Made by a program: the position numbers and the translations under genes
The notes under the pieces: model-generated
The model's input: only the letters and a program-made list of their open reading frames with translations
What the model was told of the DNA's origin: nothing
Database searches by the model: none
Part shown: positions 1 to 9,524 of the stretch, one piece after another
How positions within the stretch are numbered: position 1 is the stretch's first letter
How the letters are laid out: each line of letters opens with the position of its first letter
Source of the DNA: Macrostomum lignano
Lineage: Eukaryota
Assembly: GCA_002269645.1 (NCBI GenBank)
Contig: NIVC01000067.1
Span: forward strand, 434,001-498,000
Direction: 5' to 3'
DNA: 64,000 nt

Positions 1-600
1 GCCAGAACAGATTGAAGTCACTTGCCACCAGGCAGTGATCAGATTGAACGCAGTCGGGGCGGATGTTGAGGAGGACTCTGCGCACCTTGGACCTCAATGC
101 ACTTGGGCTGCAGAGAATCCAGTCCAGCCAAGTGGTTCGCCCGTTAAGGGGCCAAAGAAAGTTGGAAACTTTCTGAGGCGCTATCGCATGGAGCCATTGA
201 CAGCCATCAGATATCTATGGCCAGGATAAAACTGGTTGGAGAGATGATCGAGTTGGCATTGGGGATGCCACAGCTGTTCTTCACCAGGCGGTCGTAGGCT
301 GGCAATAGCGAGATGAAATCACCAACAACAATGACAGAGTCCCGAGCAGGGATGGAATCAAGCATGCACCCCAGAGTGTCGTAAATGGCTTCTGTCTCAG
401 ATGGATCTTCGCTGGTCCGGGGGGCCTTTGGAGCATATAGACGCAGATGATGGGAATCCGCCTGTCTTCCCCGGCAATAGAGGCGTGTCCCAGGCGCTCG
501 GATGGGAACTTGATGTCCTGCAGCGCTCTGAATGCGGCAGAGCAGGATGCCTCCAGTTCCCTGAGGAGTGGCTGGGGGTCCAAGTTGGGTGGGAGCACTG
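1..600 (-). pseudogene. Degraded APE endonuclease fragment of an RTE-like LINE
   Basis: Minus-strand frames give EEP motifs in order: SERL..IICVY / YAP...EAIYDTLGCMLDSIPARDSVIVVGDF, then AVNGSMR*RLRKFPTFFGP, LDWILC and SDHCLV. Contains frameshifts and stops and runs off the window start. Confidence 0.75.
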
Positions 601-867
601 GCCCTAGAGGCTCCGGTAGGCCGCAAGTCCTGGTGGGTTCGACAAGCATTGGCGCGGACCTCCTTGCGCCGCACATTTAAGGGCTGCCGACGGCGCTTGG
701 AGGCCTTCTGACTCCATCGTGAGCCTCTGTGAGTTGTCTCGATAAAACATTCAATTCGATCCTGTAAGTAAGCCGAATCAATTGTGAGTACGAGCGAGTA
801 GCACCATTCAGCTCGTGGTTCTGTGGTGCATAGCAATGGGCATCGAAATGATCGAGGAGGGTGTTTA

Positions 868-935
868 GGAGAGCAACGGCCTGCGCCTCCCCGAGGTGCC
901 CTCTGGAGGACCGCAAGGTCCACGAAATGCAGGCC
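868..935 (+). ncRNA. HDV-like (nested double pseudoknot) self-cleaving ribozyme
   Basis: P1 GGAGAGC(868-874)/GCCCUCU(898-904) with a G-U first pair and one A-C mismatch; P2 GGCCUGC(878-884)/GCAGGCC(929-935); P3 GCC/GGU; L3 UCCCCGA; P1.1 GG at 905-906; P4 GGACC-GCAA-GGUCC; J4/2 ACGAAAU with the putative catalytic C at 923. It begins exactly at the base after the 5' TSD. Confidence 0.88.
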
Positions 936-1020
936 AGCAACGGGCCCCTCCCGAGGCCCAGCACCGCAACGCAGTCTCTTCGCCGCCCAATTGGCATCTG
1001 GCGGCCACCCTGCCGATTAA

Positions 1021-2358
1021 ATGACTAGCCGACGCCTGAACCAGCCCACCGAGCCTCAACGGCGGGCCCCCGGCGGCGCGAGGCGCCCCCCCCCCACCCA
1101 GCGGTCCGTGCGCGCGCGGCCCCCCAGTAGCCTGCACCTCCTGCAACTCAACGCAGAGGGCGTCGCCTCTAAGATGCCCGAATTGTGCAAGCTACTGCTG
1201 GACCTGCGCATCAACGTGGCGTGCCTGCAAGAGACCCACACCACCGAAGGTCGGGATCCGCGCCTGCCGGGGTTCAACACGATCTGGCGCCACCGACAGA
1301 GCGGCCGGCGCTCCGGCGGCCCCACGCGCGGAGGAGGAGACGTTGCAATCCTCATCCGCGAGGGGCTGCGCTTCGAGGTGCTGCAGGAGCGCCCCAGCGC
1401 CCCCGATGATGTCACCACGGAGTGGGCCGGCGTCCGGGTTTTCCCCTCTGAAAAGAGCGTCGAGAGCCTGGACATTCACTGCCTCTACATCCCGCCGATC
1501 AGAACGGCTGAAGGCGACGACCGCGTGCAGCGCTTCAGCCCCCAGCACCTCCCGTCCGGCGTCAACACGGTGATCCTGGGTGACCTGAACGCGCACCATC
1601 CCGCCTGGGACCCCGAATCGGAAGAGTCGGACCTGGGCACGGCCGTCTTCGAGTGGTCCGTGGTGTCCGGCATGCGCGTCCTGAACGACGGCAGCGCCAT
1701 CCACATGCCACGCTGCGCCAACACCCGGCAGACGGCGCCTGACGTCAGCCTGTGCCTCAAGTCGCTCGCCAACCGGGCCGAGTGGCAGGTTCGGGGAGAC
1801 GTCGGCTCGGACCACCTGCCGATCTGCATCACCATCCACCACAGCCGAGGCGCGGCCAAGCGCGCGGGCGCCGCCCGGCGGTCCTGGGCGAAGGCGGACT
1901 GGGCCAGTTTCCGCGCCCGGACCGAGGAAGCCCTGGCTGGCTGGGAGGCCTGCCCGCCCGAGTCAGTCAACGAGGCCAACCAGCAGCTGACCACGGCCAT
2001 CCAGGCGGCCGACAAGGCGTCTGTCCCTCGCGGGGCGCGGCCTTCCGCGAAGGCCTGGTGGGCGCCAGAGGTCGACGACGCCGTGAAAGCTCGCCGCACC
2101 GCGCGGGCCGCCGCCGCCGCCGACCCGAGCGTGCGGCCTGCCTGGAATCGAGCCTGTGCCGATGCCAAGAAGACGATCACCGACGCCAAACGCGAGAGCT
2201 GGAGGACCTTTGCCGGCGAGGTGGCAGCCGACAGCGACCACTCCAAGATCTGGAGAGTTGTCCGCTCCCTCGACGGCAGAAATGGCGAGACGCAGCGCTT
2301 CGGGTGGGCCAGAAGACGCTCATCCAGTCGAAGGACATCGCCGAGGCCTACGCCGTGA
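1021..2358 (+). pseudogene. Ingi-like pol, endonuclease region
   Basis: LLQLNAEG, VACLQETH, GGGDVAILIR, HCLYIPP, VILGDLNAHHPAW, TAPDVSL, VGSDHLPI. The frame is lost near 2330. Confidence 0.9.
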
Positions 2359-2449
2359 GTATACCGCCGTCAGCCGCCTCCCGCAAGACCGCAGGACGCG
2401 AGACCTCCGCCGCGAGAACTTGCGCAGCAGCGCTTCGCGAGCCGGCGCG

Positions 2450-4820
2450 GACAGCCATTGAAGCAGAAACTTTGGAAAGCCGTTCTCGCACCGCGAGCTG
2501 GACAGGGCTCTCCACTCCCTCCCGGCCAGGAAGGCCCCAGGACCCGATGAGATCTGCGCTGAACATCTGCAGGACCTCGGTGCTGCCGGCCGCCGGGCGA
2601 CCCTGCAGCTGATCAACGCGTCCTGGACCCATGGGGAGGTCCCCGCGGCGTGGCGCCGTGCCCACATCGTGCCGATCCTCAAGAAGGGCAAGCCGGCCGA
2701 CGAGATCGGCTCATACCGGCCGATTGCCCTCACCTCCACCCTGGCCAAGCTGGCCGAGCGTCTGGTTCAAGCGCGGCTCTACTGGTGGGCCGAGTCCTGG
2801 CACCTGCTGCACCCCGCCCAAGCCGGCTTCCGCAAGCGGCGCAGCACCGAGGACCAGATTGCCCGGCTCACCCAGCTCATCAGCGACGGCCACCAGGCGG
2901 CCCCTGCCAGGCGGACAGTCGTCGTCCTGTTCGACTTCCGGCGGGCGTGCTGAAGAGTTGGTTCGGGAGGTGATCAGTCCCCCGAAAACTCCCACTTCCA
3001 GACACTCAAGCCTGGGAACAAAATCAGTGATCACTTACTGTTGCGGGCTCCTCTTCTTTGTCGCGCGTGTCTGTAGAGCTCGTCTCCTTAGAGCTGTTCC
3101 TCCCGGGGTAGTCTTCTTGAAGTCTAGAATCGGCCGAAAGTGAGAGCCTAACAATTAAATCGACGTCGCAGTATTTCTTCGAGTGCAGAATTCAATATAT
3201 TCCTCGAGTGCAAAAATCAATATCAACGATGCGCCCTAGTAACAAAATCAACTTCTATAACAATACGAGGTCCTCCAGAAAGGGCGTCTTCTCCTAGAAC
3301 TAACGGAATCGGAGTCGTGTGCTCCTATCGGTTAATCTAGGATAACCAAAAATCAATCAATCGATAATCATCTAAGGGTATCGGAATCGGTCCGCAGATC
3401 CTATTCAATCCCTTAGGAAAAGGGAGGCCTCAAACTCAATAGACTCAATAAAATCAACTGAACAGTAACGGCCGGCAATAACAATCGCTCTCAATAATCA
3501 AAATAACGAAAACTTGAACAAAGCTTACCAATTGGTGTTTATCTCTTCCTCAGAGATATAGCCTCGTTGGCTTCTCTTGCAAAGCCCAAGATCTTTGGAG
3601 GCTGCTCCGAGTCTGAGATTTCAGCTTGGATTTTGCGTTTGTATTTATACACAATTTTTCGGCCTTGAGTCGACCTTGAGCTCAAAACCGGTTTTTTTGA
3701 TGAGTTCACGAAAGGAATTTTATTATTTGACAGGTGGGGTTTTTGAGACTTGGGTTACATTCAGGTTAACATTTACCATATTTGGAAGTTCTAAAAATAG
3801 ATGTCGAGAACCGGTTTTTTCGAACAATAGCATAGTCATTCGCTGTTTGCGTGATATTACTGGTATTACTATAAATAGAGTATGACACATAGCTATTTTT
3901 AAATTTGTGTTCATAATTTTATCTTACTACTTCTAGTAGGCTACCATGTTTAGAGATCTCTACAGTGCGACACCGTCTGGAAGCAGGGCCTGCTGCACAA
4001 GCTGCACAACGCCGGCATCCCAGCGGCCGGGGTCCGCTGGCTCAGCAGCTTCCTAGCCGATCGCCGTGCTGCCGTCAGGGTGGACGGCGCGCTGAGCAGC
4101 TGGCGGCTCTTCCACGAGGGCCTGCCACAGGGGTCCTTGCCCCTCTGCTCTTTGCGCTGTTCATCAACGACCTGCCTGACCACCTGCCGTCCGACTGCAC
4201 GCCGTTCCTCTACGCCGACGACCTGGCCATCGCAGTGCAAGGCCTGACCGTGGAGGAGGCCGAGAAGAAGGCGCAGGCTGCGATCGACGCTGTCTCCGAC
4301 TGGGCGAGCGAGTGGCGGATGGAGCTGGCGCCAAACAAGTGCGCCGCTTCCCTGTTCACCACCACCGCCGGAGAGGCCAGCCGCGAGCTGCGTCTGCGGC
4401 TGAACGACGCCTCGCTCTCGACGGACTGCCAGCCGCGCTTCCTCGGCGTCATCCTGGACCGGCTGATCAGCTTCTCAGCGCACGCCGCCAACGTCGCCGG
4501 CCGCGCCCGCGCCCGCTGCGACGTCCTGGTGGAGTTGTCTGGCAGCAACTGGGGCGCTAAGCAGAGCGATGTGCGCCAGCTCTACACGGCCTACGTGCGG
4601 CCGGTGCTGGAGTACGCTGCCGGCGCCTGGATGCCGACGGCCTGCAAGACGGCTATCGACCACCTGGACCGAGCCCAGCGCCTGGGCGCGCGCATCATCA
4701 CCGGTGTCCGCGGAACACCAGGTCGGAATGCTGGAGCGCGAGGCTGGACTGCCGCCGATGGCAGTCCGCGCAGAGATGCACGCTGGCCTCCTCCACAAGC
4801 GCGCCCTCAGGCTGCCGCAT
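2450..4820 (+). pseudogene. Ingi-like pol, reverse transcriptase region (frameshifted, split by the solo LTR)
   Basis: PILKKGK..SYRPIALTSTLAKLAERLV, QAGFRKRRSTEDQI, VVLFDFRRA|CDTVWKQGL across the insertion, LFALFINDL, FLYADDLAI, PRFLGVILD, LYTAYVRPVLEYAAGAW. Confidence 0.9.
2951..3964. mobile_element. Solo LTR (Gypsy-like) inserted in the LINE RT
   Basis: Starts TG(AAGAG) and ends (CTCTA)CA, a 6/7 terminal inverted match; 4-bp TSD gtgc at 2947-2950 and 3965-3968; removing it rejoins the RT frame; no coding capacity. Confidence 0.8.
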
Positions 4821-4920
4821 GACAACCCGCTGCGCGCCTGCGCGGCCAGCGTTGGCCCGCGCCGCCGCCTCCAAAGCGCCCGCGGCGGAGCAGACGCTTG
4901 CCGCCCTGCCGCCCGCCGGC

Positions 4921-5508
4921 ATTGTGGTCTGGACCGACGGAGCGGCGTAGGACGGCATCCTGGACGACGGCAGCGGCGTCCTGGTCGAGCCCGACACCAC
5001 GCTGTGCGTCGCTGCTGGCCACGTGACGTCCAGTTTCCACGCCGAGTTAGTGGCCATCGCTGAGGCCCTTAGGTGGGTGCTCGCGGCCCCGGACCCGGCA
5101 GAACTGTCGCCGGTCCGCATCTGCTCTGACTCCCTGAGCGCGCTCCCTGAGACTCCCTGACTCCCTGACTCTCAGAGCTCGCTGGCCTGGCACCTTGCCT
5201 GCACGGCGGGCCGCCTGCCGCCTCCGCCGACGAGCGACCTCACGCGGCGGCAGAAGCGGCTGATGTGCCAGCTGCGCGCCGACCGCTGCCTGGCCCTGCG
5301 GGGCTTCCAGGCCGCCATCGGCGTTGACGTGGCCCCCACCTGCCGCTTCTGTGGCGATGGAGAGGAGACGGCGGCCCATCTGCTGATCTCCTGCCAGGCC
5401 CTGACTCCACACCGCTGCTGCCTCTGGGGGCCAAGCCCGGAGCCCGCGGCAGTTTTTGAGAACTGCGTCGCGGTGTTGAACTTCCTCGGGAAGGCGGGCG
5501 CCGTCTGA
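4921..5508 (+). pseudogene. Ingi-like pol, RNase H and C-terminal Cys/His motif
   Basis: IVVWTDGAA*DG, SSFHAELVAIAEAL, ICSDSLSAL (4921-5145), then an internal deletion, then CRFCGDGEETAAHLLISC (ORF 5263-5508). Confidence 0.85.
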
Positions 5509-5952
5509 CGCCCGGTGCCATGGGCCCTGGCCCGAGCGCGCCCGAAGAAGAAGAAGAAGGAGGGTGTTTACGCTACAGCATAAATTTATTAACCTGACAT
5601 CCACTACACGCTAATAAACGATAATAAAAAGTCGCTGCAAAGCCTCTGTCCTCTCATGTTCCCATGTAAATTTATCCTGTTCAGAGTACAAATCAAGTTT
5701 CATTTTTGTAAGATTTCTTAACCTGGTTTTAATTTTACGACTCAACTCATAATTCTTGCTTAATTTGGGAATGTTTATCTATTTTTCCTACCCAAACGTT
5801 AAAAGTTACCATAGAGATGGCGAAGAGGATCGCTCGAAATGAGTAAAGCTGACTTGAAAATTGTTTTGTCTGTCCTTTTATTTCAATCAGCTTAGCATTG
5901 GTGATTAGCAAGCTGAATTCCATATACTATCTGTCTCAGTTTCAAAAGCAAA

Positions 5953-6504
5953 ATGAGCAATACAAAGCAGGGCGTCAACCTTGACTTTGTGTTCGGGCCT
6001 GATTTGGAGCAGACGACTGCTACTACTTCCACCTCGGGCCCTGGAATCGCCAGCACTCACGCCAGAAACAAGTCCAGCGCCTACGAACAGTCCGACAGCG
6101 CGTACGGCCTCTCCTGCGTGTGTATTGTCATCTGCTCCATCGTCACCTTCAACATGGCCGCCGCGTCTCTGCTTCTAGAGAATCTGGTTATCAATCAGCG
6201 GGCAACCTACATGTTCTTCGTCTCTAACGACGAGATGCTGCTCCAGCTTCCCTCTAATCGGGTCATTATTGAGTTCATCATGTTCGAGAGCCTAGTGGCA
6301 GCCTGGGCCCTGCTAATGCAGTACAAGGCCATGGTGCTATTGTCCGCATTCACCTGCGGCACTTCCTACTACCTGGCCTACTCCAACATGTACGCTATGG
6401 AGCACCTGATGCACAACGATATGCAGTGGATCAGTCTTCTGATTAAACCGCTACTCTGTCTGAGACTCTGCTGCACTCTGACCCACTGGTTGGGAAAACT
6501 ATAA
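5953..6504 (+). CDS. Hypothetical multi-pass membrane protein (183 aa)
   Basis: ATG in caaaATG context; S/T-rich N-terminus followed by several hydrophobic segments; AATAAA about 80 nt after the stop. No family recognised. Confidence 0.5.
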   Translation: MSNTKQGVNLDFVFGPDLEQTTATTSTSGPGIASTHARNKSSAYEQSDSAYGLSCVCIVICSIVTFNMAAASLLLENLVINQRATYMFFVSNDEMLLQLPSNRVIIEFIMFESLVAAWALLMQYKAMVLLSAFTCGTSYYLAYSNMYAMEHLMHNDMQWISLLIKPLLCLRLCCTLTHWLGKL

Positions 6505-6871
6505 ATCGGACTCCTTGTTCCTGTTGTTCCCTGATATTGTTATGCCAAGCTTCTAAAGCAAAAATCATCAACATTTGATAAATAAAAAACTTTTAAAACT
6601 CAATGACCAGTGCTAAACTGTTTATTGCTGACATCTTTGACCAACGAGCAAGCTGAATTAGCCTCAGAAAATTTTTGAATAGAAACAGGTAAAACTGCCG
6701 AAATCATTGGAACTTCAGTTAGTGAGGTCTGAGATGCGATTGATTAAACTCAGCTCTCAGTTAGGGATGAGAAGTCACTGGATTAACAAGTAGGCGTTAA
6801 GAGCAACTCCCTGATTGACAAAATTAACAGAATGCAACAGTCAGGTAAAGTCCCCCAGCACAGGTAATCAG

Positions 6872-7971
6872 TCAGTTGTCATGGCGCTTCATCCCAAGCC
6901 AGCCGTAGGTGTGCTGGCAGCGCACACACAGCATATTCAGGTGCGGTTGCAACACGTATTTGGCGATAACCAACGAGACGCAGGTTAGGAGCAGGTTCAT
7001 CTGCATCTGCGCGTCCATAGTTACCTCGATGTCACCCGTGATGTTGGCGATGGCAGAGGAACAGTCGGGCCACAGCAAGCTGCGGTCAGTGGACATGGTG
7101 CAGAACAATGTCGCGGCTTCGTTGCGGCCGAAGCTCTGGCAGCACTCAGCCGGTGGCAGCACCTTGGCTTCTTCTGAGCTAGAAAAGTCGCTGAAGCAGC
7201 AGGGCAAGTTCTGGTAGGCGTGAAGACTCCAGAATGAGGAAGTTCCCTGGCTGAGCATCAGCGAGCGACTAACTTCAGTTGATATCAGCGCCTGGTGGTT
7301 TTCCTGTTCGAATGGAAACAAATTTGGAGAGAAAATATGCGGAATTTGTCAATCAGATGCTATCTACCTTCTGAATGCGAAATCTATCTAAGCGGTGCAG
7401 GCTGGATAATGATAATAAAATATCAATGATAGCTATTACCAGAAGACAAAGTTAATTTTATTACCTCGATCTCGCCTCGCAAAAAGCGAATATTTCGCAG
7501 CATAGATAGGATAAGATTGTAGGGTATGGACACTGTCAACAGGACAATGAAGAATACGCAGTACCGCTTGCGTCTCTCTAACTGTTTTCTAACGGTGGCT
7601 AGGTACCTGCCTTTAATTGGCAGCATCAGGTAGAAGCACGTGACGGTGCACACCAGATTCAGGAAGGAGGCGACAACGTTGAGTGAGCAAAATAGAAAAT
7701 AATGCCACGGCGGTTTGAAGTGCTTCATATCGATACCCTTGAAGTTGAACAGAGTGTACAGAGCCGGTATCACAGTGCAGTAGATGTTCGCCATGTAGCT
7801 GATATAGTAGCACGAGTAGTATATGATGCATGGCAGCTGGAAGGCGACGCCGCTGAGGAATAGAACGCCGGCCATTTTTCGATGGGAATTGACGAATTGA
7901 TAGGACTCAAGCAACTGCTGATAGGTGCCGAACCGCCTGATTGACTCTGTTAGTTGTTGGTGCGGTTGCAT
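6872..7971 (-). CDS. Tetraspanin-like four-TM protein (exons 7971-7465 and 7303-6872)
   Basis: Phase-0 GT..AG intron at 7464-7304 with a polypyrimidine tract joins RGEIE|ENHQ. Three TM segments precede a large loop with QNLPCC...PAECC...C...C, then a fourth TM. The true start may be further upstream (cag|ATG at 7971). Confidence 0.6.
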
Positions 7972-8521
7972 CTGCAGGCGTTACTTTTACACCTGGCTAC
8001 CTTGAGTCATGCATGATGCTGCACTAAGGCAGAGCCCAGTGACAGGGACTAGTGGTAGTTTTCTCATGGAATCCGCCCAGCTTTCACGCGTAGCTTAAAG
8101 TTAAACTTAAAAATTTAATGTAGATTCAAAAGCAACCACAATGACTGAGGAATAGAGGGTTAAGGTTGGGAAGATTATTTGACAAAGAATAAATTTAAGC
8201 GACTTATGTCTCGACTTTCTAAAAAGTTTCTTAGCTCATCTGCACTTGTCTCTGTCTATTCTGTTTTCTCTTTCTCTCTCTCTCTCGTTTAATCTTTTTA
8301 TTTTCTTATCTCTCTCCCTCGCTGCCTTCTGATTGGCTCTTTAATCTCGCATCTTTCCTTAGTCGCGCACTTCGTCCCTCCTTTTCTTTCTTCCCCTACC
8401 CCCGCCCCCTATTTTACCGTCCTATAAAAACACTTATTTGGGTCCTGAGCCCCACTTACTGTCTGTTTTCATTGTTTTGGTTTTAACTCTCAAGTAGTAG
8501 TCTATCTAATTTTTTTCTAAA

Positions 8522-8597
8522 TGGCGCCCGAACAGAAACTCGAACCCTGGACCTTCAGATTAAAAGTCTGATGCTCTACCGACCAAGCTACACGTAT
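8522..8597 (-). pseudogene. tRNA-Lys(UUU) pseudogene
   Basis: Reverse complement reads ...TAGCTTGGTCGGTAGAGCATCAGACTTTTAATCTGAAGGTCCAGGGTTCGAGTTTCTGTTCGGGCG-CCA. The anticodon arm and T-loop are typical, but the 5' acceptor strand (GCCCGG) is lost. Confidence 0.85.
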
Positions 8598-9524
8598 TTA
8601 AGGAAAATATTTGAGGAAAATATAGACTACGACTAATAAAGCCATAAGAACTTACCAGAACCTATCGAATTGAAGTATAACTTGGTTGGTAAATGCTCCC
8701 ATATTTTTTTATCAAGTCGATTCTTACCTAACGGAGTCTCGGGTCGTTCCTGCTGCTTGGGCAAGTGGAATACCGTCTGCTGGTCGGGCAGAGCCACAGT
8801 TGACATTCTGTCGCGTAAGTTTGCGTCGTCAAAATCAGAAAACAGCTTAATTTTTGGCGATTATAACGGATCGTAGAAAATAAGACTTCTTCATTGTACC
8901 ATGACTACGTGGCTATCGGGAGGGCTGATATTCGATTATTGCCATAGACGATTTCATTTTGACCCGAAAAGTCGGGCCTATAATGGATTATTTTCATTTC
9001 ATGTATTTCAACCAAATAAACAAAAAACAAACAAATCAAACAAAGCAGTCAGAGTCCAGAGCCAAACTCAACTTTTGCAAAGCGTCCTTTTCGCACTCAC
9101 ATATAAACGTAACATTTAGCCCCGTTTTTCTCCAAGACGATCGTCGGGCCGGATTTATCAGGCTGGCCAATAATTGTGACGGCAGTTGGAACGCTAGATG
9201 ACTGTTCGCACAAAGCAACTGACTCTTGTGCTTGATGAATGACCACACTCGACGTAGAGGCATGTAGACTATCTGTGATAGCAGAAGACAATGCTCGCTT
9301 CTGGACCACCGTTGTCCGCTTTGTATAACAAATCAATGTAGTTCAGCATGGTCGATCTTGAATGTGACGGCAGCAGTCTCGCTTCTTTCTCTTCGCTTCT
9401 TTATTCTTTCTCTTATAATTGAACTGTTTGAATCTCTAAGTTTGTATGCTTGTCCATAACGCTCTAGAGATAGCAATTCTTGACCGATTTTCATCGCATT
9501 TTCGCCAAAAGATTCAAAATAATA

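Larger units (their letters stand above)
868..5557 (+). mobile_element. Full-length decayed Ingi/I-group non-LTR retrotransposon (EN-RT-RNase H-Cys/His motif)
   Basis: 13-bp TSD aggagggtgttta at 855-867 and 5558-5570; (GAA)n tail at 5544-5557; single pol ORF starting at 1021, now frameshifted; 5' HDV-like ribozyme; interrupted by a 1014-bp insertion at 2951-3964. Confidence 0.9.

Noticed and set aside
936-1130. 2A peptide upstream of the Ingi endonuclease
   Set aside because: No D(V/I)ExNPGP motif was seen in the ORF start or the upstream frame examined.
1056-5604. Many antisense and alternative-frame ORFs over the LINE (also over 18-23 kb, 28 kb and 30-32 kb)
   Set aside because: Shadow ORFs of GC-rich coding DNA with no independent motifs.
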